A stretch of DNA of 64,000 nucleotides, from NCBI GenBank assembly GCA_963788925.1, contig CAWBIH010000002.1, positions 218,568 to 282,567 of the forward strand. Direction: 5' to 3'. Origin of the DNA: an uncultured Actinomycetota bacterium (GTDB lineage: Bacteria > Actinomycetota > UBA4738 > HRBIN12). This document shows positions 10,449 to 19,709 of the stretch, one piece after another (position 1 is the stretch's first letter; each line of letters starts with the position of its first letter). The position numbers and the translations under genes were made by a program. The notes beneath the pieces were generated by a model. That model saw nothing but the letters and a program-made list of their open reading frames with translations, made no database searches and was not told the DNA's origin.

Positions 10449-10870
10449 GCGGAGCCGGCGCTGTCGACGCGCTCCTGGACCTCGCGCAGTCGCTCGACGA
10501 CGCCGTGGAGGATCGCGACCGCGACGCTCGGGTTCTGGATCAGGAACGGGTCGAAGTAGATCGTCTCGATCACCAAGGCCTCCACCGGCTCCGCCGCCGT
10601 GACGCTCGCGGACCGGCGCGTGTGTCCGAGCAACGCCATCTCGCCGAAGAAGTCTCCGGGCGCGAGGTCGTGGACGGCGCCGCCGACCTCGACCTGCGCG
10701 GCACCCGACAGGATCACGAAGAGGCCGCCGCGGTCGGAGTCGCGCTCGACGAGCGCGTCGCCGGCCGCGTAGCTGCGTCGCTGACCGACCTTGGCGACAC
10801 GCGAGAGATCGTCGTCCGTCAGCTCCTCGAAGAAGCGGACCTTGCGGAGGGCCTCGACATCGCTCGTCAT
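10445..10870 (-). CDS. stand-alone cyclic-nucleotide-binding (CAP-effector) domain protein
   Basis: 141 aa with a canonical phosphate-binding cassette (FGEMALL ... RRSASVTA). Confidence 0.8.
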   Translation of the reverse strand: MTSDVEALRKVRFFEELTDDDLSRVAKVGQRRSYAAGDALVERDSDRGGLFVILSGAAQVEVGGAVHDLAPGDFFGEMALLGHTRRSASVTAAEPVEALVIETIYFDPFLIQNPSVAVAILHGVVERLREVQERVDSAGSA

Positions 10871-10885
10871 CTCATCTCCTCCCGA

Positions 10886-13232
10886 TCATCCTAATGAGAC
10901 GAGCTCCACGGCCTCGTCGCGGAGCTTCGCGGGGTCGGCCAGGCCGCCCGACCGGATGATGCCCATCGCATCCTGGACGTCGGCGGGACGGTCCACGGAG
11001 ACCACGGCCTGGACCCGGCCGTCGAGCATGTAGAAAGCGGCGAAGCTCCGCGACTCCAGGCTCCCGCGGATCACCAGGTCGTCCCACTCCCGGTGATACC
11101 CGGCGTACTGGATGGTGTGCTCGTACTGATCCGACCAGAACCAGTGGATCTCCTCGTACGGCGTGTCGCGGCCGAGCATGTTCAGGGCCGCGGCACGCCC
11201 CTGACGCCGCGCGTTGTCCCAGTGCTCGACCCGGATCCGGCGCCCGTAGATCGGGTGGTAGTGGTTGGCGACGTCGCCGGCGGCGAAGACGCCGTCGACG
11301 CTTGCCCGGCAGTGCTCGTCCACCACGACGCCGTCGTCCACCTCGATCCCCGATCCATCGAGGAAGCCGACCACCGGCTCCACACCGAGGCCGAGCACGG
11401 CGAAGTCGCACGACAGGCTGAGACCGCTCGCCGATCTCACCGTCCGGACGGCGGCCGTCCCCTTCGAAGCTCGCCACCTGATCATCGAACGTCATCTCGA
11501 CACCGTGATCACGATGGATGCCTTCGATCACGCGACCCACGTCCTCGCCCAGTACCCGGTCGAGGGGCGCCTTCCCGCCTGCGACGACGTGAACCTCGAG
11601 GCCTCGCTGCCGGAGCGATGCCGTCACCTCGGAGCCGATGAACCCCATCCCCGCCATCACGACCCGACGGCCCGGCAGCATCTCCGCGCGGATCGCGGCC
11701 GCATCGCCGAGCGTCCGCAGGTCGAGGACCCCTGCGAGGTCGATCCCCGGGATCGGGAAGCGCCGGTTGCGCGCACCGGTCGCGATCAGGAGCTTGTCGA
11801 AGGACACGGGATCGCCGCCCGCGACCGTGATCGTCTTCCCGGCGCCGTCCACGGCGACGACCGTCGTTCCGAACCGTGTCTCGATGCGGTTGTCGGCGTA
11901 GAACGCTTCGGGCCGGACCATGGCCTCCTGGATCGTCGACTCACCTCGGAGGAACGACTTCGAGAGCGGCGGCCGCTCGTAGGGGAACGTTGGCTCCGAC
12001 CCGATCAGCACGACCTCGCCGTCGAAGCCTTCCTCACGAAGGGTCGCGGCAGCCGTGGCTCCGGTGAGGCTCGCGCCCACGACGACATATCGTTCCTTCT
12101 TCGCGCCAGGATGGGTGTCCCGGCCGGCAGACGGCGCGGGAGATGGCGAGGCGGACACCTCCGCGCCTTCCGTCGCCGCTCGTTCTTCAGCCGGAGCCGT
12201 GCCTCCCACGCGTTCCAGTGGCTCGGCCGCGGGGCCGCGGACCACCGATCCGTCGAAGCCGAACCTCGAACCGTGGCACGGACAGTCCCAGGTCTTGGCG
12301 GAGTCGTTCCAGTCGACCGTGCAGCCCATGTGCGTGCAACGAGACGAGAGCTCGTACGTCTGGCCTCCCTCGTCGCGATAGACGGCGAGCTGCTGACCGT
12401 CGACGCTCACCAATCCCCCGTGGCCGGCCACGAGATCGTCCACCGAACGGTCCACGGTCTTCACGATCAAGACGTCCGAGGGCACCTCGTGGGCGACCTT
12501 GTTGGGCACGGATCCCAGGAACCGTCGAACGCCCGACATCCCCTTGTTCCCGACCACCACGAGCTGCACATCTTCCGACTCGGCCAGCTCGCAGATCCGC
12601 TGGGCGGGGTCTCCTTCGACGGTCCGCTTCTCGACCGTGACGTCCTCGGGTCGGGTCGAGGCGACCTCCTCGAGCTTGATGGCGCCGACCAGTGGATCGC
12701 CCACATGGACGAGCGTGACCGTGCCGGCGTAGACGGAGGCGAGCGTGTAGGCCTTGCGGACGGCTTCGGTCGCCGTCCCCGAGCCGTCCGTCCCCGCCAG
12801 GATCCGCATGTACGGCGGGGCGGGATCTCGCGGACCGGCGCGGCCGGTGGTGTCCACGATCAGGAGGTCGCAGGGCGCGTCATGCGCGATCCAGTCGGGC
12901 ACGCTGCCGAGTCGGAACCGGGTCGCCTGCCCCATGCCGCGGTTGCCGACGACGATCAGGTCGGCTCCGTGCTTGATCGCGGCCGCGAGGATGGATTCCC
13001 CGGGTGTCCCCTCGATCAATTCCGCGATCGCATCGACCTTCTTCGCACGCGCCGCCTCCGCCGCCTCGTAGAGGGCGGTCTGGAGCGGCTGCCGCGAGAT
13101 GCCGAAGGCGTCGAGCGCCCCGACGAGCACGAGGGTGCCGTGGAGACGTTTCGCGAGCTTCTGCGCCACCTCGACGGCGACCGACGCGGTCGGTGAGCCG
13201 TCGGTGCCGACGACGATCTTCCGGTAGGACAT
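10886..13232 (-). CDS. fusion of tandem universal stress protein domains, a Rieske [2Fe-2S] domain and an FAD/NAD(P)-dependent ferredoxin reductase, with a 1-nt frame break at the CCCC run 11459-11462
   Basis: One continuous 786-aa ORF holds two USP domains (VVGNRGMG..., VVGNKGMSG...), a Rieske CTHMGC...CPCHGS motif, and a reductase Rossmann start (VVVGASLTGATAA). The reductase C-terminus (GIEVDDGVVVDEHCRASVDGVFAAGDVANH) continues in ORF 10886..11485. Confidence 0.8.
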
Positions 13233-14030
13233 CTAGGCCGCCGCCTCCAGAGTGCCGTTCATCTGCGGATGGACGTCACATCGGAAGTAGTACGAGCCGG
13301 GATCGAGCGCCGGCACGTCATAGGTCACGGTCTCGGGGCCGTCGACGAGGTCGCCGACGAACAGCGACTCCGCCGCGGAGTCGTCCGTGTAGATCGCCAC
13401 GTTGTGCGGCACGCCATCGTCTTCGTTATCGAAGACCAGCCCGAACGCCTCGCCGGCCGGCGCGGTCAGGCGATCGCTCGAGAAGCTCTGGTCGTCGAAC
13501 GCGCACACCGTGACGGCCGCGTCCGGCGTAGGGGAACACTCGGCTTCCGTCCCACCGAACCCGAGCGTCGGCTTGAAGATCATCAGCCAGAGGATCGCGA
13601 GTAGGCCGACGAAGCCGACCGCCGCGATCGTGTACGGCCGCTTCGAATGGAGGATCTCCTCGAACTGCTCCTGGGAGACCGCCTCGGTTCCCCCCACCTT
13701 CGCAGCGGAGATCGTCCGCAGCCGCTTGGCCCATGTGGTTCCCATGGCGTACATCGCGGCGATGACCGCGACGAGGATCACGATCGCCGCCCAGATCCAC
13801 GCCTGCCCCCAGAAGTGACCCGTGAACCCGGCCAGGATCCCTCCCAGCAAGAGGAGGCCGATCGAGTTCCACATGAACCCGACCGAGGACGCCGAGAGCT
13901 CGAGCAGATGGCTCACCCGCGCCGGGTCGCGCTCCCTCGGGAGCCGCAGCGTCACGTACGCCGAAACGCCGTGCGCCATCAGGAAGCCGAACACGCCGGC
14001 GATGTGAAGGAACACCCACCATCGATGCAC
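13233..14030 (-). CDS. membrane-anchored cupredoxin (type-1 blue copper) protein
   Basis: Four N-terminal TM helices, then a plastocyanin/azurin-like domain. Candidate copper ligands are His (VPHNVAIY) and the Cys-x2-His-x2-Met in YYFRCDVHPQMNG. Its stop abuts the start of the USP-Rieske gene. Confidence 0.7.
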   Translation of the reverse strand: MHRWWVFLHIAGVFGFLMAHGVSAYVTLRLPRERDPARVSHLLELSASSVGFMWNSIGLLLLGGILAGFTGHFWGQAWIWAAIVILVAVIAAMYAMGTTWAKRLRTISAAKVGGTEAVSQEQFEEILHSKRPYTIAAVGFVGLLAILWLMIFKPTLGFGGTEAECSPTPDAAVTVCAFDDQSFSSDRLTAPAGEAFGLVFDNEDDGVPHNVAIYTDDSAAESLFVGDLVDGPETVTYDVPALDPGSYYFRCDVHPQMNGTLEAAA

Positions 14031-14033
14031 GGC

Positions 14034-14204
14034 CTACTCCTCCCCCACGGTGACGGCGGCGGCCGTCGACTCCGGCCTCGCCTGTTCCTTCTTCTTGATC
14101 TGGCGCATCACGAGACGCTCCAGCACGAACACGAGCACGGCCATGAAGACGCCGACGAGCCACCGCTCGAAGCGACGGAAAGGGGACCGTCCCTGAGACG
14201 TCAC
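14034..14204 (-). CDS. small single-TM protein (about 57 aa)
   Basis: GTG start at 14204 overlaps the upstream stop as GTGA. Has a hydrophobic helix (LVGVFMAVLVFVL) and a basic tail. A real CDS is uncertain. Confidence 0.4.
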   Translation of the reverse strand: MTSQGRSPFRRFERWLVGVFMAVLVFVLERLVMRQIKKKEQARPESTAAAVTVGEE

Positions 14205-14966
14205 CCGGTGGATGCCTCCCGCGCCGCTTCGACACGGGCGAGGAGCCAGAATCCGATGCCGGCGGCGACCGCCAGCCACGACCACCCGTTCGGCGGCGCG
14301 CCCGCGTAGCCGGCGAACACGAGGCCGGCCACACCGAAGAGGACCGCCGCGATCGACGCCGCCGTGCCCGCGAACTCCCAACCGACGCCGCGCAGAGACG
14401 TCGCGATCCCGGCACCTGCGATCGAGAGCGCGGCCACGGCGACACCCGACCAGTGGTGCATCTGGACGTGCGGGTCCGCGGCCGGTCCGTGCTGGAGCTC
14501 CGCCTCGGTCACCGCGTAGATCCAGGCCGGCATCGTCGCGATCACGGCATAGGTCATCAGCGCGATGCTCGGGTGTCCGGGGAGCCGGAGGAGCGACCGG
14601 GGATCTGGATGCAGCAGCAGCAAGACGATCACCCCGATCGGACCGGAGACGTAGAAGCCGGTCAGGAAGTCACCACCCATCAACCCGCCGATCGTCCACG
14701 CGATCGCCTGGGCGACGAGGACGTGGAAGGCAGACGTCCAGCCCGGTCGCACTGACCAGGGCGATCGAGAACACGCCGATCAGTCCCCCGCCGGCGAGAC
14801 CCGCGAGGTAGTGGAAACGATGGATCGTGTCGGAGAGATCGCCGGACACGATCGACAACAGGACGAGGAACAGCGAGTACCCGATCGTGAGCACTCCGAA
14901 GATCCAGCCGACGAGGCGGAAGGCCAGCCGCCCCCGAGATACGTCCGGTGTGTAGGTGGATCCCAT
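14201..14966 (-). CDS. polytopic integral membrane protein of unknown function, with a frame break near 14730-14760
   Basis: ORFs 14670..14966 and 14201..14752 are both strongly hydrophobic and consecutive, giving about 8 predicted TM segments. I do not recognise the family. Confidence 0.5.
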
Positions 14967-14990
14967 CTCCTCGATCGTTCCCTTCCGAGA

Positions 14991-17067
14991 TCAGGCAGCC
15001 GTGACCGGCACCCGGCCCGCTACCGTGGTGCCGCGGCCGGGTGCCGACCGGATCTCGAGAGAGCCTCCCACGGCTGCGAGCCGGTCGGCCATGCCCTGGA
15101 GGCCGGAGCCGGTGGCCACGGCGTCCGGGTCGAAGCCGCGGCCCTCGTCGACGACCTCGAACGAAAGGCTGCCGTTCGATTGCGACAGATGGATCACGGT
15201 GCGATCCGCGTCGGCGTACTTGGCAACGTTCTGGAGCGCCTCGAGGGCGCAGAAGTAGACGGTGGCCTCCACGTCGACGGAGTAACGGCCCACCGCGTCC
15301 GCCTCCACGCTCACGGGGACGGCAGCCTTCCTTGACTGCGCCTCGAGGGCTGCGACCAAACCACGATCGGCGAGCAGCGGAGGATAGATGCCACGGGCGA
15401 GATCCCTCAGGTCTTCCAGCGCCGTCTGGGTCTCCGTCTCGATCTGGATGAGCATCTCCGCGGTCTTCGCCGGATCGCGCTCCGTCAGTTGCCGGGCGAG
15501 CCGAGCCTTGACGGCGAGCGCGACGAGCTGCTGCTGGGCGCCGTCATGGATGTTGCGCTCCAGGCGACGCCGCTCCTCGTCCTGCGCAGCGACCAGACGC
15601 TGGCGTGAAGCCCGGAGGTCCTCCACGAGACGGACGTTGCGAAGCACGAGGCCCGCCTGGGCGGCGAGGTCGCGGACCAACTTCTCCTTCGTGGGATTCA
15701 TCGGGTCGGCAGCCGGCATGCGAACCGAAAGCGCCCCGAGGAGCTCCCCGCGATCGCGGACCTCGACGGCAGTTTCGCCCGGGACGCTCCACACCTCCCC
15801 GTCGGTGGTGGGGACAGCACCGATGACGGTCGCGTCTTCAGGCCAGGCGGCCGCCTGGCGAAGCTCGCGTCCAGCCCGTAACCACACGCGGGCCACCTCC
15901 GCGCCGGCGCCCTCGCCGAGTACCTGGGCCATCCGAGGCAGCACGTCCTCGGTCGCGTAGGACGTCCCCACGCGCTCGGAGAACTCCGTCAGCACCTCGT
16001 ACGGCGTGGCACGCCGGCCGTAGACGAACCGATCGACCACCTTGCGGGCGATGCGCATGACGGGTCGGAAGGCGATCCCGAGCAGGAGCGCGATGACGAA
16101 CAGGGATCCGGGACTTTGGCGGTCGGCGGCCGCAACGCCGAACAACGCGACCGCGCCCCCGTACACCGCGAGTGCCAACACCACGAGTGCTCCGGCGACG
16201 AGCGCCTTCTTCACCACGACATCCAGGTCCCACAGGCGGTACTGCAAGATCGCGATCCCGACGGTCAAAGGGATTCCGAGGAAGGCCAGGCCCGAGATGA
16301 ACTCGCCCACACCTCCCTCCGAGATGCCGAGGCCCTCGAGGATCGCGCTGATCACGAAGTAGGTGGCGAGCACGACGACCGCGAACGCGAACCATTTGAG
16401 CTGCTGTCGCTCGACGCCGCTCGACCGGCGGAATCGGATGACCATCGACGTGGCCGCCGCCGCGAAGAGGCCGAGGAGCACCGGCCAGAGCACGTTCCCG
16501 ATGGATTCGATCTCCAGCCCGGGGATATGCAGTGGGTTCGCGACCGTGATCGTTGGACCGACGTCACCGAGCTCGAACGTGGCTGTCCCGAACCCGATCG
16601 TGACGAACGCGAGGATCGAGATGCCGACACCCGCCCAGGCGAGCCACCGCCAGCGAGGTGACGGCAGCTCTCCGTTGGGGAAGACCAGGGGGAGGAGGAT
16701 CAACAGCGGGAAGAGCCCGAGGGCCCAGAGCGCGTTGCCCGGCCAGGCGAGCCACGACGCGAGAGCGGGCTCGCCTTGTGTGGCCGCGTAGATCGACGCC
16801 TCGCCGGTCGTGAAGGCCGCGCCCACCGTGATCGCGACCCAGAGGAGCAGCCATCCGATCCGATTGTCCGGTGCCCGGCTCAAGCTCAGGGCGCCGACGA
16901 CGCCCATCCCCATGAACGCGGTGAAGTTCGTGGAATCGCCGAGGAGCGAGTCATCCGTTCAGTGACACGAGGACCAGGCCGATCGCCGCGAAGCCAGCCG
17001 TGACCCAGAGCACGATCCAGGGCCATCGAGACGGCCGCGACGTCGGTGTCGCCGTAGTCGCGGCCAT
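14991..17067 (-). CDS. membrane sensor histidine kinase (multi-TM sensor - GAF-like - HisKA_3 - HATPase_c), paralogue 1, with a frame break near 16950-16980
   Basis: HisKA_3 motif (ERNIHDGAQQQLVAL) and HATPase G-boxes. The N-terminus (PSRWPWIVLWVTAGFAAIGLVLV) matches the paralogues at 19710 and 21839 but lies in another frame. The start ATG at 17067 shares one base with the upstream stop (TGATG). Confidence 0.8.
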
Positions 17068-18353
17068 CACGCGCCGCCCCCCAGGATCCGGAAGACTTCA
17101 ACAGGCTCTTCGCGGCCTTTGACGAGACGGGGACCGATCGACTCGGCGGCGACCGAGGGCGCCGCTGAGACGGTCGAGGCCGCGGCGACGACCTCGCCGC
17201 CCTTGGCCTCGGATTGGAGACGCTGCGCGACGTTGACGGCGTCGCCGATCACCGTGTACTCGAGTCGGCCGCCGCCGCCGATCGCGCCGGCCATGACGAT
17301 CCCGGTGTTCAGCCCGATCCCGACGTGAAGTCCGTCGACCGCCTCGGTCCCCCACCCCATCGAGTTGAGCTCGCGCTGGCGATCCTGCATGGCGAGCGCG
17401 CACTGCAGCGCCCGCTCGGCATGATCCGAAGACGGCTCCGGAGCACCGAAGACGGCCATCACGGCGTCGCCCTGGAACTTGTCGATCGTGCCGCCGTGCT
17501 CGGAGATCACCTCGGCCATCGCGCCGAGGTGACGTCCGACGATCTCGCCGATCTCCCGAGCCGTGAGTCGCTCCGCGATCGTGGAGAAGCCACGGATGTC
17601 GCTGAACAGGACGGTCACCTCGAGCTCGCGCTGGCTCGCGGCGTCACCGCCGCGAGCCAGCGCGTCCACGAACTGCGACGGCACGTAGGACTTGAGCGAC
17701 GTCGCCGTGGCCGACTGCTCGACGACCGCCGCGTGCAGCTTCTTGAACTCCCCCAGCAGGCCGGTGCCGGCTCCGCCGTCACCGGCCATCCGCCGGAAGA
17801 GCATCGTCACGCGCCCGTCCACGGCCTCTTGGGTCGTGCCCAGGGCGGCCGCCATCGCCTCGTAGCCGAGACCCTGAGCCATCATGTCGAGCACGATGCG
17901 GTCCTCCTCCTGGGACTCGGCCCGCCCCGACAGACGTTCGGCGATCGTGGGATCGACGACGCTCCCGCCGCTCTGCACTTCCCGGATCGCACGGGCGAGC
18001 TCGTCGCCCTGCGCGATCCGGTCCTTCAGCAGGTACGCGAGCCCGCTGTGTCCCTTGCCGAGCAGCGCGATCGCGTACTCCTCGTCGTCGTGCGCCGAAA
18101 GCACCACCACGCCCGTATCCGGGTGACGCTCGCGGATCGCGTGGGCGCAGTCGATCCCCTCGAGCTGGAAGGAGGGCGGCATCTTGATGTCGGTCACGAC
18201 GACGTCGGGGCTGTGCTCCGCCGCCGTCGCCAGGAGTGTCGGTGCATCCTCCGCGACCCCGACGACCTCGATGTCGTCATAGGAGTTCAGGAGCGCCCGG
18301 ACGCCCTCACGCACGAGGACGTTGTCCTCCCCGAGCACCACTCTGATCGTCAC
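17067..18353 (-). CDS. response-regulator receiver - LuxR-like HTH - class III adenylate/guanylate cyclase fusion
   Basis: GTG start at 18353. The REC domain has the phosphoacceptor context VVVTDIKMP. The HTH-like segment is DRIVLDMMAQGLGYEAMAAALGTTQEAV. The C-terminal cyclase homology domain includes VLFSDIRGFS, KFQGDAVMAVFGAP and IGLNTG. Confidence 0.75.
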   Translation of the reverse strand: MTIRVVLGEDNVLVREGVRALLNSYDDIEVVGVAEDAPTLLATAAEHSPDVVVTDIKMPPSFQLEGIDCAHAIRERHPDTGVVVLSAHDDEEYAIALLGKGHSGLAYLLKDRIAQGDELARAIREVQSGGSVVDPTIAERLSGRAESQEEDRIVLDMMAQGLGYEAMAAALGTTQEAVDGRVTMLFRRMAGDGGAGTGLLGEFKKLHAAVVEQSATATSLKSYVPSQFVDALARGGDAASQRELEVTVLFSDIRGFSTIAERLTAREIGEIVGRHLGAMAEVISEHGGTIDKFQGDAVMAVFGAPEPSSDHAERALQCALAMQDRQRELNSMGWGTEAVDGLHVGIGLNTGIVMAGAIGGGGRLEYTVIGDAVNVAQRLQSEAKGGEVVAAASTVSAAPSVAAESIGPRLVKGREEPVEVFRILGGGA

Positions 18354-18391
18354 GCAACCGCCCCCAACTTCCTCGCGTGTACCATCCGCGC

Positions 18392-19058
18392 ATGCCGCTG
18401 CGGGTGGTCTTCGCCGAGGATAACTACCTCGTGCGGGAAGGAACCGCCGCCCTCCTCGCGACCGCCGACGAGGTCGAGATCGTGGGCACGGCGGCAAGCC
18501 TCGATGAGCTGCTCTCCGCGGTCGACGAGCACGGACCCGACGCCGTGCTCACCGATATCCGGATGCCGCCCAGCGGGACCGACGAGGGGATCCGGGGTGC
18601 CAAGCAGATCCGCGCGTCGCACCCGGACATCGGGGTCGTCGTGCTGTCGCAGTTCGCGGAGGAGGAATACGCGTACGACCTGCTGAAGGACGGAGCGGCC
18701 GGCCTCGGCTACCTGTTGAAGGAGCGCGTGGCCGACGTCGAGGAGCTGGTGCGGGCGCTGACGGAGGTGGCCCGCGGTGGCAGCGTCCTCGATCCCGAAG
18801 ATCGTCGAGGCGCTCGTCGCCGCGAAGGAGCACCTCGCGCATTCGCCGCTCGCCAGGCTGACCGACCGGGAGCGCGAGGTGCTCGGCCACATGGCCCAGG
18901 GGCAGAACAACGCCGCCATCGCGAAGTCGCTCTTCCTCACCGAGCGCGCGGTCGAGAAGCACATCAACTCGCTGTTCCACAAGCTGGGACTGACCGAGGA
19001 GCCCGACGTGCACCGCCGGGTGATGGCGGTGCTCGCCTTCCTCCGCGATCAGTCGTAG
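18392..19058 (+). CDS. NarL/LuxR-family response regulator, with a frame break near 18790-18800 at a CCC run
   Basis: REC domain (MPLRVVFAEDNYLVREG...VLTDIRMP...), then a LuxR HTH (LTDREREVLGHMAQGQNNAAIAKSLFLTERAVEKHINSLFHKL) in the next frame. Transcribed divergently from the cyclase gene. Confidence 0.8.
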
Positions 19059-19099
19059 CGCGGCCACTCGTCGCGCCCGCAACCGGCCACCGTGCATCG

Positions 19100-19507
19100 T
19101 CACTGCGCTTTCCGCGTATCGACGATGTAGACGCTGCAGGGGGCGTGCCGGAGCACGAGGTTGGGAACGCTTTCGCGGACGTGCCACCGGGATCCCTGGG
19201 TCCCCCGGTTCCCGAGCACGATCGTCTCGGCCATGACCTCCGCCGCGACATCGCAGATCCGAGACGCCGCGTCCCCGTCCTCGATCCGAGTCTTGACCGA
19301 TGTTCCCGGGAAGCGCGCGGCCAGTCGCTGCAGGTGCGCTCGCGGATCTGCCGCCCGGTCCGGGTCGACGACCGCCCGGATGTCGCCCTCCGGCTTCACA
19401 TACAGCACCAGCAGCTCGGCGCCGCGCTCGCGCGCGAGTCGCGCCGCGTCCTCGACCGCGAGATCCGCGGCCGCCGAGGTGTCTGTTCCCACCAGGATCG
19501 TTGTCAT
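19100..19507 (-). CDS. universal stress protein (UspA family)
   Basis: 135 aa with USP fold motifs (ILVGTDTS..., LGNRGTQGSRWHVRESVPNLVLRHAPCSVYIV). Confidence 0.8.
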   Translation of the reverse strand: MTTILVGTDTSAAADLAVEDAARLARERGAELLVLYVKPEGDIRAVVDPDRAADPRAHLQRLAARFPGTSVKTRIEDGDAASRICDVAAEVMAETIVLGNRGTQGSRWHVRESVPNLVLRHAPCSVYIVDTRKAQ

Positions 19508-19709
19508 CGTGGGCCTCCTTCGTTCGTCACCGCGACGCTACGCCGCCGACCCGAGCCCGACGACGGCGCCCGCATGCCGAGTTCGGCAGGGTGCCAGCAC
19601 CCCGGTCCGAGGGGTGTTCGAGGACGCGGAACCGCAGGTCGGCCCCATTGGCCCGCGGAGCGCCGGGTGGGACGATTCGGTTCGATATGGACGGACCGAA
19701 GGCGATCAC

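Noticed and set aside
8086-14030. Possible tRNA-associated genomic island carrying the USP/redox genes
   Set aside because: I found no integrase, no direct repeat of the tRNA 3' end, and no obvious compositional break. The operon continues seamlessly into the kinase and cyclase genes.
14034-14381. 115-aa minus ORF as a full-length gene
   Set aside because: The N-terminal 59 aa are Arg/Gly-rich and overlap the upstream membrane gene. Only the C-terminal 57 aa from the GTG at 14204 look like a plausible small TM protein.
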